DNA of 64,000 bases from Bacteroidia bacterium (GTDB lineage: Bacteria; Bacteroidota; Bacteroidia; UBA8524), in assembly GCA_965249955.1 (NCBI GenBank), contig OZ252261.1, positions 2,426,773 to 2,490,772 on the forward strand, written 5' to 3'. Under the pieces are notes generated by a model. It was given only the letters and a program-made list of their open reading frames with translations, did no database searches and was not told where the DNA came from. Positions within the stretch are counted from its first letter, which is position 1, and each line of letters begins with the position of its first letter. The position numbers and the translations under genes are program-made. Below are positions 21,455 through 29,789 of the stretch, piece after piece.

Positions 21455-21703
21455 CTATGCCTTTATGGCTTTTGCTTCGCGAGTCCATTTTATTAATCCC
21501 AAAGTATTCATCAACAAAAAAACAAAATTGCCTACCGATACAGCATAGCTACTCATCATAAAACCTACAACTACCCACAACACGTTGGATATAATAAACG
21601 ATACAAAGCCCCACTTGTTTTTGTTGCCCAACAAGTACACGGCATACAGGCTAAGCGCCATAGCCACCCAGTCTATTCCATAATATTTTAATACTATATC
21701 CAT
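21455..21703 (-). CDS. Small 3-TM PnuC-like membrane protein
   Basis: 'IDWVAM..SL..VYLL..K..WGF...I.SN.LW........Y.....N.VFL..N..G..KW' resembles half of PnuC; 83 aa from ATG 21703. Confidence 0.55.
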   Translation of the reverse strand: MDIVLKYYGIDWVAMALSLYAVYLLGNKNKWGFVSFIISNVLWVVVGFMMSSYAVSVGNFVFLLMNTLGLIKWTREAKAIKA

Positions 21704-21900
21704 GCACCGAAAATAAATGCCCAACGGGTATAAACCTATTTGCCATTGTTAAATTTATGGAAACTTCTTCTTACAAAGGTTTGTGCAATGGAAAAGCAGA
21801 TCTAAAGAGAGGTTGGCTAGGCAGCTTACATTAAATCTCATCAAAATACTTGGCTGTTTTTACCAAAAGTCTACACAAAGGTTTTATTTTGCCCTTTGAT

Positions 21901-23532
21901 ATGCAGGATTTAGAATTTAACAAGAATGAAGATGCCATGCGCCTGTTGGTAGATAGGTTGAAGTACGAGCACAGTATAGTGAGCAAAGGCGGCGGCGAAA
22001 AATCGGCAGCAAAACAAAAAGAAAAAGGCAAAATGCTTGCCCGAGAGCGTATAGACTATTTGCGCGATAAAGACACCGAGTTTATGGAAATAGGCAGTTT
22101 TGCTGCTTATGGTATGTACGAAGAGTATGGAGGCTGCCCCAGTGCTGGTGTAGTAGCAGGTGTGGGTTATGTTAGCGGTCGCCAATGTGTGATAGTGGCT
22201 AATGATGCTACTGTAAAGGCTGGTGCTTGGTTTCCTATGGCAGGTAAAAAGAACTTGCGCGCACAAGAAATAGCTATGGAAAACCGATTGCCCATTATTT
22301 ACTTGGTAGATAGTGCGGGGGTTTTCTTACCCATGCAAGACGAAATTTTTCCCGATAAAGAACATTTTGGGCGCATTTTTCGCAACAATGCTATAATGAG
22401 TAGTATGGGTATAACCCAAATATCGGCAGTTATGGGCAGTTGTGTTGCGGGCGGTGCTTACTTGCCCATTATGAGTGATGAAGCGATGATTGTAGACAAA
22501 ACAGGCTCTATTTTCTTAGCAGGTTCATACTTGGTAAAAGCGGCAATAGGTGAAGATATTGATAACGAATTGCTAGGAGGTGGCACCACACAATCAGAAA
22601 TATCGGGTGTTATTGATTATAAATTCCCTGATGATAAAAGTTGCCTCGACCGTATACGCAACATAATGGATAAAATCGGTCATTTTGAAACAGCAGGGTT
22701 TAACCGCGCTACACCAAAATTGCCCAAAAAAGACTTTAAAGAAATTTATGGCATTATGCCCGCCGAGCGTAGTAAAACATACAGCACGCTTGAGCTTATA
22801 GAACGTATTGTTGATGATAGCGAGTTTGACCAATACAAAGAGTTGTACGGCAAAACTATACTGTGCGGCTATGCCCGTATCGACGGATGGTCGGTAGGGA
22901 TAGTGGCCAATAACCGCCAACTGGTAAAAAGCAAAAAAGGCGAAATGCAGTTTGGTGGAGTAATCTACTCAGACAGTGCAGATAAAGCAGCTCGTTTTAT
23001 ACTTAATTGTAACCAAAAAAAGATACCTCTTGTATTTTTGCAAGATGTAACGGGCTTTATGGTAGGCTCTCGCAGCGAGCAAGGCGGTATAATAAAAGAC
23101 GGTGCTAAAATGGTAAATGCAGTGGCCAATAGTGTAGTGCCAAAAATTACCATTATTACAGGTAACTCTTACGGGGCAGGCAACTATGCCATGTGCGGCA
23201 AAGCCTACGACCCTCGTTTTATATTTGCTTGGCCTACGGCAAAAATAGCAGTAATGGGTGGCGATCAGGCTGCGCAAACGCTACTACAAATACAAACAGC
23301 CACTTTGAAAGCAAAAGGAGAGGTGATAACTCCCGAAGCTGAAAAAGAGCTGTTGGATAGAATTACCGATAGGTACAACGAGCAAACAACCCCTTACTAC
23401 GCAGCTTCGCGTTTGTGGGTAGATGATATTATCGACCCTTTATCAACCCGCAAACATATCTCTATGAGTATTGAAGCAGCCAACCACAGCCCCATAACAA
23501 AGGCTTTTAACCCCGGTGTGATACAAACCTGA
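21901..23532 (+). CDS. Acyl-CoA carboxylase carboxyltransferase beta subunit (MccB/LiuB-like)
   Basis: 'ARERIDYL', 'ANDATVKAGAW', 'VMGSCVAGGAY', 'QDVTGFMVG', 'GNSYGAGNYAMCG'. Start ATG 21901 preferred. Confidence 0.92.
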   Translation: MQDLEFNKNEDAMRLLVDRLKYEHSIVSKGGGEKSAAKQKEKGKMLARERIDYLRDKDTEFMEIGSFAAYGMYEEYGGCPSAGVVAGVGYVSGRQCVIVANDATVKAGAWFPMAGKKNLRAQEIAMENRLPIIYLVDSAGVFLPMQDEIFPDKEHFGRIFRNNAIMSSMGITQISAVMGSCVAGGAYLPIMSDEAMIVDKTGSIFLAGSYLVKAAIGEDIDNELLGGGTTQSEISGVIDYKFPDDKSCLDRIRNIMDKIGHFETAGFNRATPKLPKKDFKEIYGIMPAERSKTYSTLELIERIVDDSEFDQYKELYGKTILCGYARIDGWSVGIVANNRQLVKSKKGEMQFGGVIYSDSADKAARFILNCNQKKIPLVFLQDVTGFMVGSRSEQGGIIKDGAKMVNAVANSVVPKITIITGNSYGAGNYAMCGKAYDPRFIFAWPTAKIAVMGGDQAAQTLLQIQTATLKAKGEVITPEAEKELLDRITDRYNEQTTPYYAASRLWVDDIIDPLSTRKHISMSIEAANHSPITKAFNPGVIQT

Positions 23533-24179
23533 TGCAAGCCAAGTACCCATATTTGGTGATAGAAGGCAATATTGGTGCTGGAAAAACAACCTTAGCCAAT
23601 ATGCTTACCAAAGACACAAATGGCAGGTTGATGTTAGAGCAGTTTGAAGACAATTCTTTTTTACCTCGATTTTATAACGATGCCCGTCGCTATGCTTTTC
23701 CATTAGAACTTAGTTTTATGGCATCGCGTTTTAATCAGTTAAAAGAAATTATAAATGCCAATGCCGAAATTTTTAGTCCCCAGCAAATAATAGCGGATTA
23801 CAGTTTTTTTAAAAACTTAGTGTTTTCCCGCGTTACGCTAGATGATGACGAGTTTAAACTGTTTTATAAGCTGTACGAGATTTTAGTGCCCCAACTACCC
23901 CGACCTGATTTGATTGTGTACCTGCACCAGCCCGTAAACCGATTGGTAGCCAACATAAGCAAACGTGGTAGAAACTACGAGAAGGATATTAAACCTTCTT
24001 ACCTTGAAAAAGTAGAACAAGGGTATTTTGAGTATTTTAAACAAATGCCACAGCAACGCGTATTAATAATTGATGCCACTGAGCTTGATTTTGTGGATAG
24101 CGAAAACGATTTTGAGTGGCTGAAAGAGAAAATTTTTGAAGGAACACACCCACAGGGCATATCGCGCCCTGTTGTATAA
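23532..24179 (+). CDS. Deoxynucleoside kinase
   Basis: P-loop 'IEGNIGAGKTT', 'LPRFY', 'PDLIVYL', 'RGRNYE'. Confidence 0.92.
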   Translation: MQAKYPYLVIEGNIGAGKTTLANMLTKDTNGRLMLEQFEDNSFLPRFYNDARRYAFPLELSFMASRFNQLKEIINANAEIFSPQQIIADYSFFKNLVFSRVTLDDDEFKLFYKLYEILVPQLPRPDLIVYLHQPVNRLVANISKRGRNYEKDIKPSYLEKVEQGYFEYFKQMPQQRVLIIDATELDFVDSENDFEWLKEKIFEGTHPQGISRPVV

Positions 24180-24181
24180 CT

Positions 24182-24802
24182 ATGGATGATAACGCAACTC
24201 TTTGTATAGAGATGCACTATTTGCCGTGCATTAATTATGTGCAACTGCTTGCCCAACACGGCAATGTAGTTTTTGAGGCTTACGAGCATTTTATTAAACA
24301 AACCTACCGCAACCGATGCACTATATATGGCGCAAACGGCGTGCAGGACTTGATAATCCCTGTACTGAAAAAATCGGCTAAAATTCCTGTAAAAGATTTG
24401 CAGGTGGCCTATACCGAAAATTGGCAACATACGCATTTTATGGCCATACACTCTGCCTATAAATCATCGCCCTATTACGATTTTTTTGAGGACGATATGC
24501 GGGCTTTGTTTGCCAAAAAAGAAAAGTACCTACTAGACTATAATATCCTTTTTACAGAGTGGGTAGCAAAAACATTGAAACTAAACCTAAGTACAAGTTT
24601 TAGCGAAAATTATTTGCACCACTACGATGAAAGTACCGTTGATGCGCGCAATACCATTAGCCCAAAAAATGAAAATGTAGTAGAACACCCAAAATACTTA
24701 CAGGTGTTTGAAGAAAAACACGGCTTTATACCCAACCTAAGTATTATAGATTGGATATTTAACGATTTGCAAGGCGCAAGAAGTTATTTTAATTCTTTCT
24801 AA
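24182..24802 (+). CDS. WbqC-like family protein
   Basis: 'HYLP', 'KQTYRNRC', 'L.IPV', 'WQ..H..AI.SAY..SPYY', 'F.PNLSIID'. Confidence 0.9.
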   Translation: MDDNATLCIEMHYLPCINYVQLLAQHGNVVFEAYEHFIKQTYRNRCTIYGANGVQDLIIPVLKKSAKIPVKDLQVAYTENWQHTHFMAIHSAYKSSPYYDFFEDDMRALFAKKEKYLLDYNILFTEWVAKTLKLNLSTSFSENYLHHYDESTVDARNTISPKNENVVEHPKYLQVFEEKHGFIPNLSIIDWIFNDLQGARSYFNSF

Positions 24803-24918
24803 AAGGGGTTGCTGGTTTCAGTCCCGTCCGGATTAGGGGAAAAGCCAAAACCCCAACTTATTTTTTTCCAAATGTTTTTGTCTTAAACGAGGTGTTTACC
24901 CGTGAGCGATTGTTTGGC

Positions 24919-25698
24919 TTAGTTTACTATTCTAAATGCCAAGTTGTTTTTATTCAACTCATAATAAGCTAAAAGAGATTTTTTCAAAATTTCATTATTC
25001 ATCATTCGTTCGAAGAGGTTTAACTTAACATCTTCTAAGTATTTATCCAGTGTTGAAATGCTCGCTCTATATTTTTGGCAAGCTATACTCTTTTCAAAAA
25101 CGAAAGAGTCCCAAAGAGGAGAACTTTCATTATCAAACTCATTGAATATTCCTTCATAACAAAATGCTTCCAGCAATATGTAGTCTTTTTCCCAATTTGC
25201 TTCTTTCACACCGTTTAATCCAATACAAACATGAGCTTGAACACTTGTGTCAGGTGCTACTTTATCACAATAAAAAAATTTTGAAGCCACCTCCATAAGT
25301 TCACCCATCGTGTATACCTTGCTTATCTTCAAATTTGGATTTACAATGGGAGCAATTGTTTCTTCGAAGTACTTAGCTAATTTTTTGTCCTGAGTGTATT
25401 TTTTCAGGTAAAGTCTTTTAATTTTTGAAGTATCAGGGTATAGTTTAAATATTTCATTCCTTTCTTCAGTTTTATTTTGAAGGTGTATTTCTGAAATGTT
25501 TAAGAGTAGATATTCGAGTCTTCTTTTATAGAGTTTTAATTGACTGCCTGCTTTAAGCTCGGGCATAGCAGATGCCCTTATCTCATTTTGGTACTCGTAT
25601 TGGTAGATTTTTATGGAAACATTATCCTTAATAATAGATTTATTAACCTGACAAGAGGCACTGAGAATCATGATGATGATAGAGAAATATTTCATCAT
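24919..25698 (-). CDS. Hypothetical lipoprotein
   Basis: MMKYFSIIIMILSASC lipobox; AT-rich; no recognisable family. Confidence 0.65.
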   Translation of the reverse strand: MMKYFSIIIMILSASCQVNKSIIKDNVSIKIYQYEYQNEIRASAMPELKAGSQLKLYKRRLEYLLLNISEIHLQNKTEERNEIFKLYPDTSKIKRLYLKKYTQDKKLAKYFEETIAPIVNPNLKISKVYTMGELMEVASKFFYCDKVAPDTSVQAHVCIGLNGVKEANWEKDYILLEAFCYEGIFNEFDNESSPLWDSFVFEKSIACQKYRASISTLDKYLEDVKLNLFERMMNNEILKKSLLAYYELNKNNLAFRIVN

Positions 25699-25958
25699 GT
25701 GTTTAATTAAACCGAACTCATTTACCATAGAAGCAAATATATTTATTTCCTCAATTTGGGTTGTAAATGGATGGATGTTGTTAACTGCGGAGTGTATTTC
25801 CGTAATTAAAAAACATTATTGATTAAAAGGAGAAAACTAAAGTACTTCGATTTTGAAATCGATGAAATTATAGATTTTAGCCAACTATATGCCTTTACCT
25901 TATTCAAGAAAGGCAATAATTGGTTTGATAACCTTTTTATTCGGTCTACAAAAAAAAG

Positions 25959-26918
25959 CTACACTTCTTCATAAACACCCATACCTGAGAATTTCTCAAT
26001 ACGGAAGTTTATCAAGTCTTCGGTAGTATAGCTTAAAAGCTCTTTAAGCATACGTTTAAGCTCTGTTTTCATAGTTTTATGCATGGCATCAGGGTCGTTG
26101 TGTGCACCACCCATAGGCTCTTTTATAATACCATCAACAAGCTTTTGCTCTAACATATCAGTAGCCGTAAGTTTAAGGGCTTCGGCAGCTTTTTCTTTAA
26201 AATCCCAACTGCGCCAAAGAATAGACGAGCAAGATTCAGGCGAGATAACAGAGTACCAAGTATACTCCAACATCATCACCTTATCGCCTACACCAATACC
26301 CAATGCACCACCCGATGCACCTTCGCCAATAACTACGCAAATAATGGGTACTTTAAGGGTGCTCATTTCAAGCAAGTTGCGGGCTATCGCTTCACCTTGT
26401 CCGCGTTCTTCCGCTTCCAATCCAGGTGAAGCACCAGGGGTATCAATAAAGGTAATTACAGGTTTGTTAAACTTTTCTGCCAATTTCATCAAGCGCAATG
26501 CTTTGCGGTAACCTTCGGGGTTAGCCATACCGAAATTGCGCATTTGGCGTTGTTTGGTATTGCGGCCTTTTTGCTGGCCAATAACCATTACCGTTTTACC
26601 GTCAAGAGCTGCTAAGCCACCAATCATGGCTTTATCGTCTTTTACCGTGCGGTCGCCGTGTAGTTCTATAAAGTTATCAAAAATATTTTCGATATAGTCT
26701 TTAGTATATGGGCGTTCAGGGTGGCGTGAGATTTGCACTTTTTGCCAACCTGTAAGGTTGTTGTACAATTCTTTGCGTGTGTCCTGTATTTCTTTTTCCA
26801 ACGCCTCAATGCTTGCCATTGTAGTTGCTTTTTTACCCTTTGCAAGCCCTTGTTTCAGCTTGTCTAGCTGTTCTTCAAGTTCTGCAATCGGTTTTTCAAA
26901 ATCCAACAGTTGTGCCAT
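25959..26918 (-). CDS. accA: Acetyl-CoA carboxylase carboxyltransferase alpha
   Basis: 'LDFEKPI', 'RHPERP', '[15 protein letters not shown]', '[10 protein letters not shown]', 'SVISPESC'. Confidence 0.97.
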   Translation of the reverse strand: MAQLLDFEKPIAELEEQLDKLKQGLAKGKKATTMASIEALEKEIQDTRKELYNNLTGWQKVQISRHPERPYTKDYIENIFDNFIELHGDRTVKDDKAMIGGLAALDGKTVMVIGQQKGRNTKQRQMRNFGMANPEGYRKALRLMKLAEKFNKPVITFIDTPGASPGLEAEERGQGEAIARNLLEMSTLKVPIICVVIGEGASGGALGIGVGDKVMMLEYTWYSVISPESCSSILWRSWDFKEKAAEALKLTATDMLEQKLVDGIIKEPMGGAHNDPDAMHKTMKTELKRMLKELLSYTTEDLINFRIEKFSGMGVYEEV

Positions 26919-27039
26919 ACTTCACTTAGTTTTAAACGTGCAAAGTAAACCATTTTTTGCTTGAGGTGTAATATTATGAATCTAAACATACATTATTCGC
27001 TTAATTATTAGTTACTTATAATGTATTTGTAAAAAAACA

Positions 27040-27070
27040 TTTGCGCATATATACCAAAAACCTATATTTG
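27040..27070 (+). promoter_or_regulatory. sigma70 promoter of tRNA-Asp
   Basis: TTTG (27040) - 19 nt - TATATTTG (27063). Confidence 0.8.
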
Positions 27071-27096
27071 CACTCCCTTTAAAAAAGAAGGTAAAC

Positions 27097-27170
27097 GGTC
27101 CGGTAGTTCAGCTGGTTAGAATACGTGCCTGTCACGCACGGGGTCGCGGGTTCGAGTCCCGTCCGGACCG
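27097..27170 (+). tRNA. tRNA-Asp (GTC)
   Basis: Cloverleaf with acceptor GGTCCGG/CCGGACC, anticodon arm CGTGC-CT-GTC-AC-GCACG and T-loop TTCGAGT; CCA not encoded. Confidence 0.98.
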
Positions 27171-27178
27171 CTGAAATT

Positions 27179-27208
27179 AAGCCTCAAACAAACGTTTGAG
27201 GCTTTTTT
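27179..27208 (+). terminator. tRNA terminator
   Basis: aagcctcaaac-aaac-gtttgaggctt followed by a T-run. Confidence 0.8.
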
Positions 27209-27446
27209 GTTTTTAAGCACTACTCCTTCTAAAAAAGTAATAACACATTAGCTTCTTGCCGAGCGGACGCTCGAGCCAGCTTTTAATGTACATAAAACAA
27301 GAAAGCCCAAGCAAAATGCCCGAGCTTTGATTGTTGTATCATTATACTCAATTTAACGTAAGTTCGACATAATAGATTATATAATACGCTGTTTATAAGA
27401 GTATTAATGTTGTTCAAATAGGGTTAAAAACCTATTCTATCAAAAA

Positions 27447-27488
27447 TTACAGTCCACAATACGACTTAAGTCGTATTGTGGACTGTAA
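27447..27488. repeat. 42-bp perfect loop-less palindrome
   Basis: ttacagtccacaatacgactt|aagtcgtattgtggactgtaa is self-complementary base for base. Confidence 0.95.
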
Positions 27489-27547
27489 CAGTAACAGCAG
27501 TGGGTTTTAACCTGCTGTAAATGGAGTTTCTTACCTCGAACGTTAAT

Positions 27548-28312
27548 TTATAGTTTGGTTTCTTTTAGTAGTGTTGCTTCGTCAATTAGTCCGTGGTGTT
27601 TCCATACCACTTCGCCTTTGTAGTAAAGTTCTAGTACGGGTATATCATCTACGCCCTTTTGTTTTAGTAATTCAGGGTTTTCGTCGGCATCAATTTTTAG
27701 CAGTGCAAGTTTGTCTTTTTTATCAGTAGCTACCTTGTCTAGCATTGGTGCCATTTGTATGCAGGGTTTGCACCATTTAGCGTTATAATCAACCAAAACA
27801 TAGTTATCGGTAGTTATCAGTTTATTAAACTCTTCGGCGGCCATACCTTGTTTTTTAGGGGCTGTATTACCTGTTTCAAGTGCTTTTCCTGCACTTTTCC
27901 ACTTCAGTATACCACCGCTCATTTCATACACGGTAGCAAAACCTTGCTTGCGCATATAACTTGCTGCACTGGCACTGCGGCTGCCCGCCAAGCAATACAC
28001 AAATACAGGTTGTGTTTTATCAAGTGTGGCTATCTGTTGCTCAAAATTAGATGAGTTTACGTCAATATTAACAGCATTTTTTAGGTGTCCGCCCGTAAAC
28101 TCGTTTGTGGTACGTACATCCACTACTTGCCCGTTTGGGGTTTGTGTCAGTTGTTTTTCAAACTCTTCTACCGATACACTACCACCGGCTGGGGTATTGG
28201 CGTTTTCGGCACTGTCTTTTACTGATGTACTACTGTTTTGGCACGATGCAGCACTAAAGCTAAAAAATAATACCAGTACTATTGCCAAGGGACTAAATAT
28301 GTTTTTGTTCAT
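27548..28312 (-). CDS. Rhodanese-thioredoxin fusion lipoprotein
   Basis: Lipobox FSAASC; rhodanese 'VVDVRT..EF..GHL..A.NID...VYCLAGSRS'; thioredoxin 'AKWCKPC'. Confidence 0.85.
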   Translation of the reverse strand: MNKNIFSPLAIVLVLFFSFSAASCQNSSTSVKDSAENANTPAGGSVSVEEFEKQLTQTPNGQVVDVRTTNEFTGGHLKNAVNIDVNSSNFEQQIATLDKTQPVFVYCLAGSRSASAASYMRKQGFATVYEMSGGILKWKSAGKALETGNTAPKKQGMAAEEFNKLITTDNYVLVDYNAKWCKPCIQMAPMLDKVATDKKDKLALLKIDADENPELLKQKGVDDIPVLELYYKGEVVWKHHGLIDEATLLKETKL

Positions 28313-28322
28313 TTATTTAGGG

Positions 28323-28619
28323 TTATAAGTTTTGTTCAATAATCTTTTTTAAATGATGCGCAGGAACTACACCAGCTTGTCGCCAAACTACCTCACCTTT
28401 TTTAAACAATAAAAGGGTAGGCACGCTTTGCACGCGGTAGGCACTTGCAGCCGCAGGGTTACGGTCTATATCTACTTTTATAATAGTGGCTTTATCGCCT
28501 ATATCGTTGGCTACATCTTTTAGTATGGGAGCCATCATTTTGCAAGGGCCGCACCACTCTGCCGAAAAATCTACCAAGGCAGGTTTATCAGCATTAATTA
28601 TATCAGCAAATTTCATCAT
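28323..28619 (-). CDS. trxA: Thioredoxin
   Basis: '[12 protein letters not shown]', 'VQSVPT'. Start ATG 28619 or 28616. Confidence 0.92.
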   Translation of the reverse strand: MMKFADIINADKPALVDFSAEWCGPCKMMAPILKDVANDIGDKATIIKVDIDRNPAAASAYRVQSVPTLLLFKKGEVVWRQAGVVPAHHLKKIIEQNL

Positions 28620-28620
28620 T

Positions 28621-28884
28621 TTAGTTGTCTTTTTTAATTTCGGTGTAGGTGGTTTCTTGTTCTTCACCTTCAACGGTTTTGGTGTTTCTGTACATAGGTG
28701 CACCGCAGTTTGCTCCGCATCCTTTGTTCAATAAACCTTGCCATGCAAAAAAGCTGCCGAACAGGCCAAGCACAATAGTACCCATCTGAAAGGCTTGTAT
28801 AATCATTACAATTCCCAGCCCAAGCCTAATTATGCGCGTTAAATTCCAGTTGCTTAGCAGTTGTACTTTTAAGTTTTCTAGCAT
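28621..28884 (-). CDS. Small 2-TM protein, DUF2892/YgaP-like
   Basis: 'R.IRLGLG' followed by a helical hairpin and 'GCGANCG'; typical position in sulfurtransferase clusters. Confidence 0.55.
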   Translation of the reverse strand: MLENLKVQLLSNWNLTRIIRLGLGIVMIIQAFQMGTIVLGLFGSFFAWQGLLNKGCGANCGAPMYRNTKTVEGEEQETTYTEIKKDN

Positions 28885-28885
28885 C

Positions 28886-29203
28886 TTATTTTACAAAACG
28901 GTTTACACTGCCCCAGCTTCCGCCATTGTGTACGTTGGTATAGCCTGCATTTTTAAGCATAGCTTTGGCCGAACCACTGCGCATACCTGATGCACAACAA
29001 GTGATAATGGGTTGTTCTTTGTTTTTAAATTTTTTAAGATTACCGCTCAATTGGTCAAGAGGTATGTTTAGCGATCCTTTTACGTGCCCACCTGCATACT
29101 CGCCTTTGGTGCGCACATCTACTATTACAGCGCCGTTGTTAATCAATTCGGCCATATCTACTTTTGGGCCTATACCCAATAGGTTTTTTATAAATTGTAT
29201 CAT
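28886..29203 (-). CDS. Single-domain rhodanese
   Basis: 'IVDVRT..EY..GHV.GS.NIPL', 'TCCASGMRS'. Confidence 0.92.
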   Translation of the reverse strand: MIQFIKNLLGIGPKVDMAELINNGAVIVDVRTKGEYAGGHVKGSLNIPLDQLSGNLKKFKNKEQPIITCCASGMRSGSAKAMLKNAGYTNVHNGGSWGSVNRFVK

Positions 29204-29222
29204 TTTGGTTGTTATCTGTTTA

Positions 29223-29290
29223 TTAGCCTTTAGCACTTAGCTTTTGGCTGTTAGCTAAGAGCTAAGAGCTAAAAGCTAACAGCTAAGTGC
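29223..29290. repeat. Heptamer tandem repeats in inverted arrangement (TAGCnnn / nnGCTAA)
   Basis: tagcctt-tagcact-tagcttt-tggctgt-tagc, then gagctaa-gagctaa-aagctaa-cagctaa; outer IR gcacttagc/gctaagtgc. Confidence 0.8.
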
Positions 29291-29296
29291 AACTCA

Positions 29297-29578
29297 TTAT
29301 ATTTTGCTTACTACATAGTTAACATCTAACCATGATCCACCGTTGGTACAGTCGATACCGTTTTGTTGTAAAAACATGGTTGCTTGACCGCTACGACCGC
29401 CTGATGCACAGCAAAGTACTATGTTTTTCATGTTTTTAAATTCATCTAAACGGTGGGGTACTTCGTTTAAGGGTATATTTACACTGCCGGCTACATTACC
29501 ACCCATAAACTCGGCAGGGGTGCGTACATCAATAATTGCGGCTTCGCCGTTTTTAATTAAAGAGATTACTTTTTCCAT
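29297..29578 (-). CDS. Single-domain rhodanese
   Basis: 'IIDVRTPAEF..GNV.GSVNIPL', 'LCCASGGRS'. Confidence 0.92.
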   Translation of the reverse strand: MEKVISLIKNGEAAIIDVRTPAEFMGGNVAGSVNIPLNEVPHRLDEFKNMKNIVLCCASGGRSGQATMFLQQNGIDCTNGGSWLDVNYVVSKI

Positions 29579-29620
29579 TTTACTATATGTGATTTTTTAA
29601 TTTATTTTAATGTTGAGCTA

Positions 29621-29772
29621 TTTTACACCCTCTCCGCCTCTCCTTTTTTAGGGAGAGAAGCCCACACGACCATTGCTTATAAGCCTTCGGCTATGTGCAG
29701 TAATGGTTATTTAACCATGACCTTGTGCGGCTGCTTCCCACTAATAAGGGGGAAAGACAAAGGGGTGTAAAA
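29621..29772. repeat. ~150-bp multi-hairpin palindromic intergenic element
   Basis: Terminal IR TTTTACACCC/GGGTGTAAAA with internal hairpins (ctctcc..ggagag, accattgc..gcagtaatggt, ttccc..ggg). Confidence 0.6.
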
Positions 29773-29789
29773 TCAATAGCATACACGAT

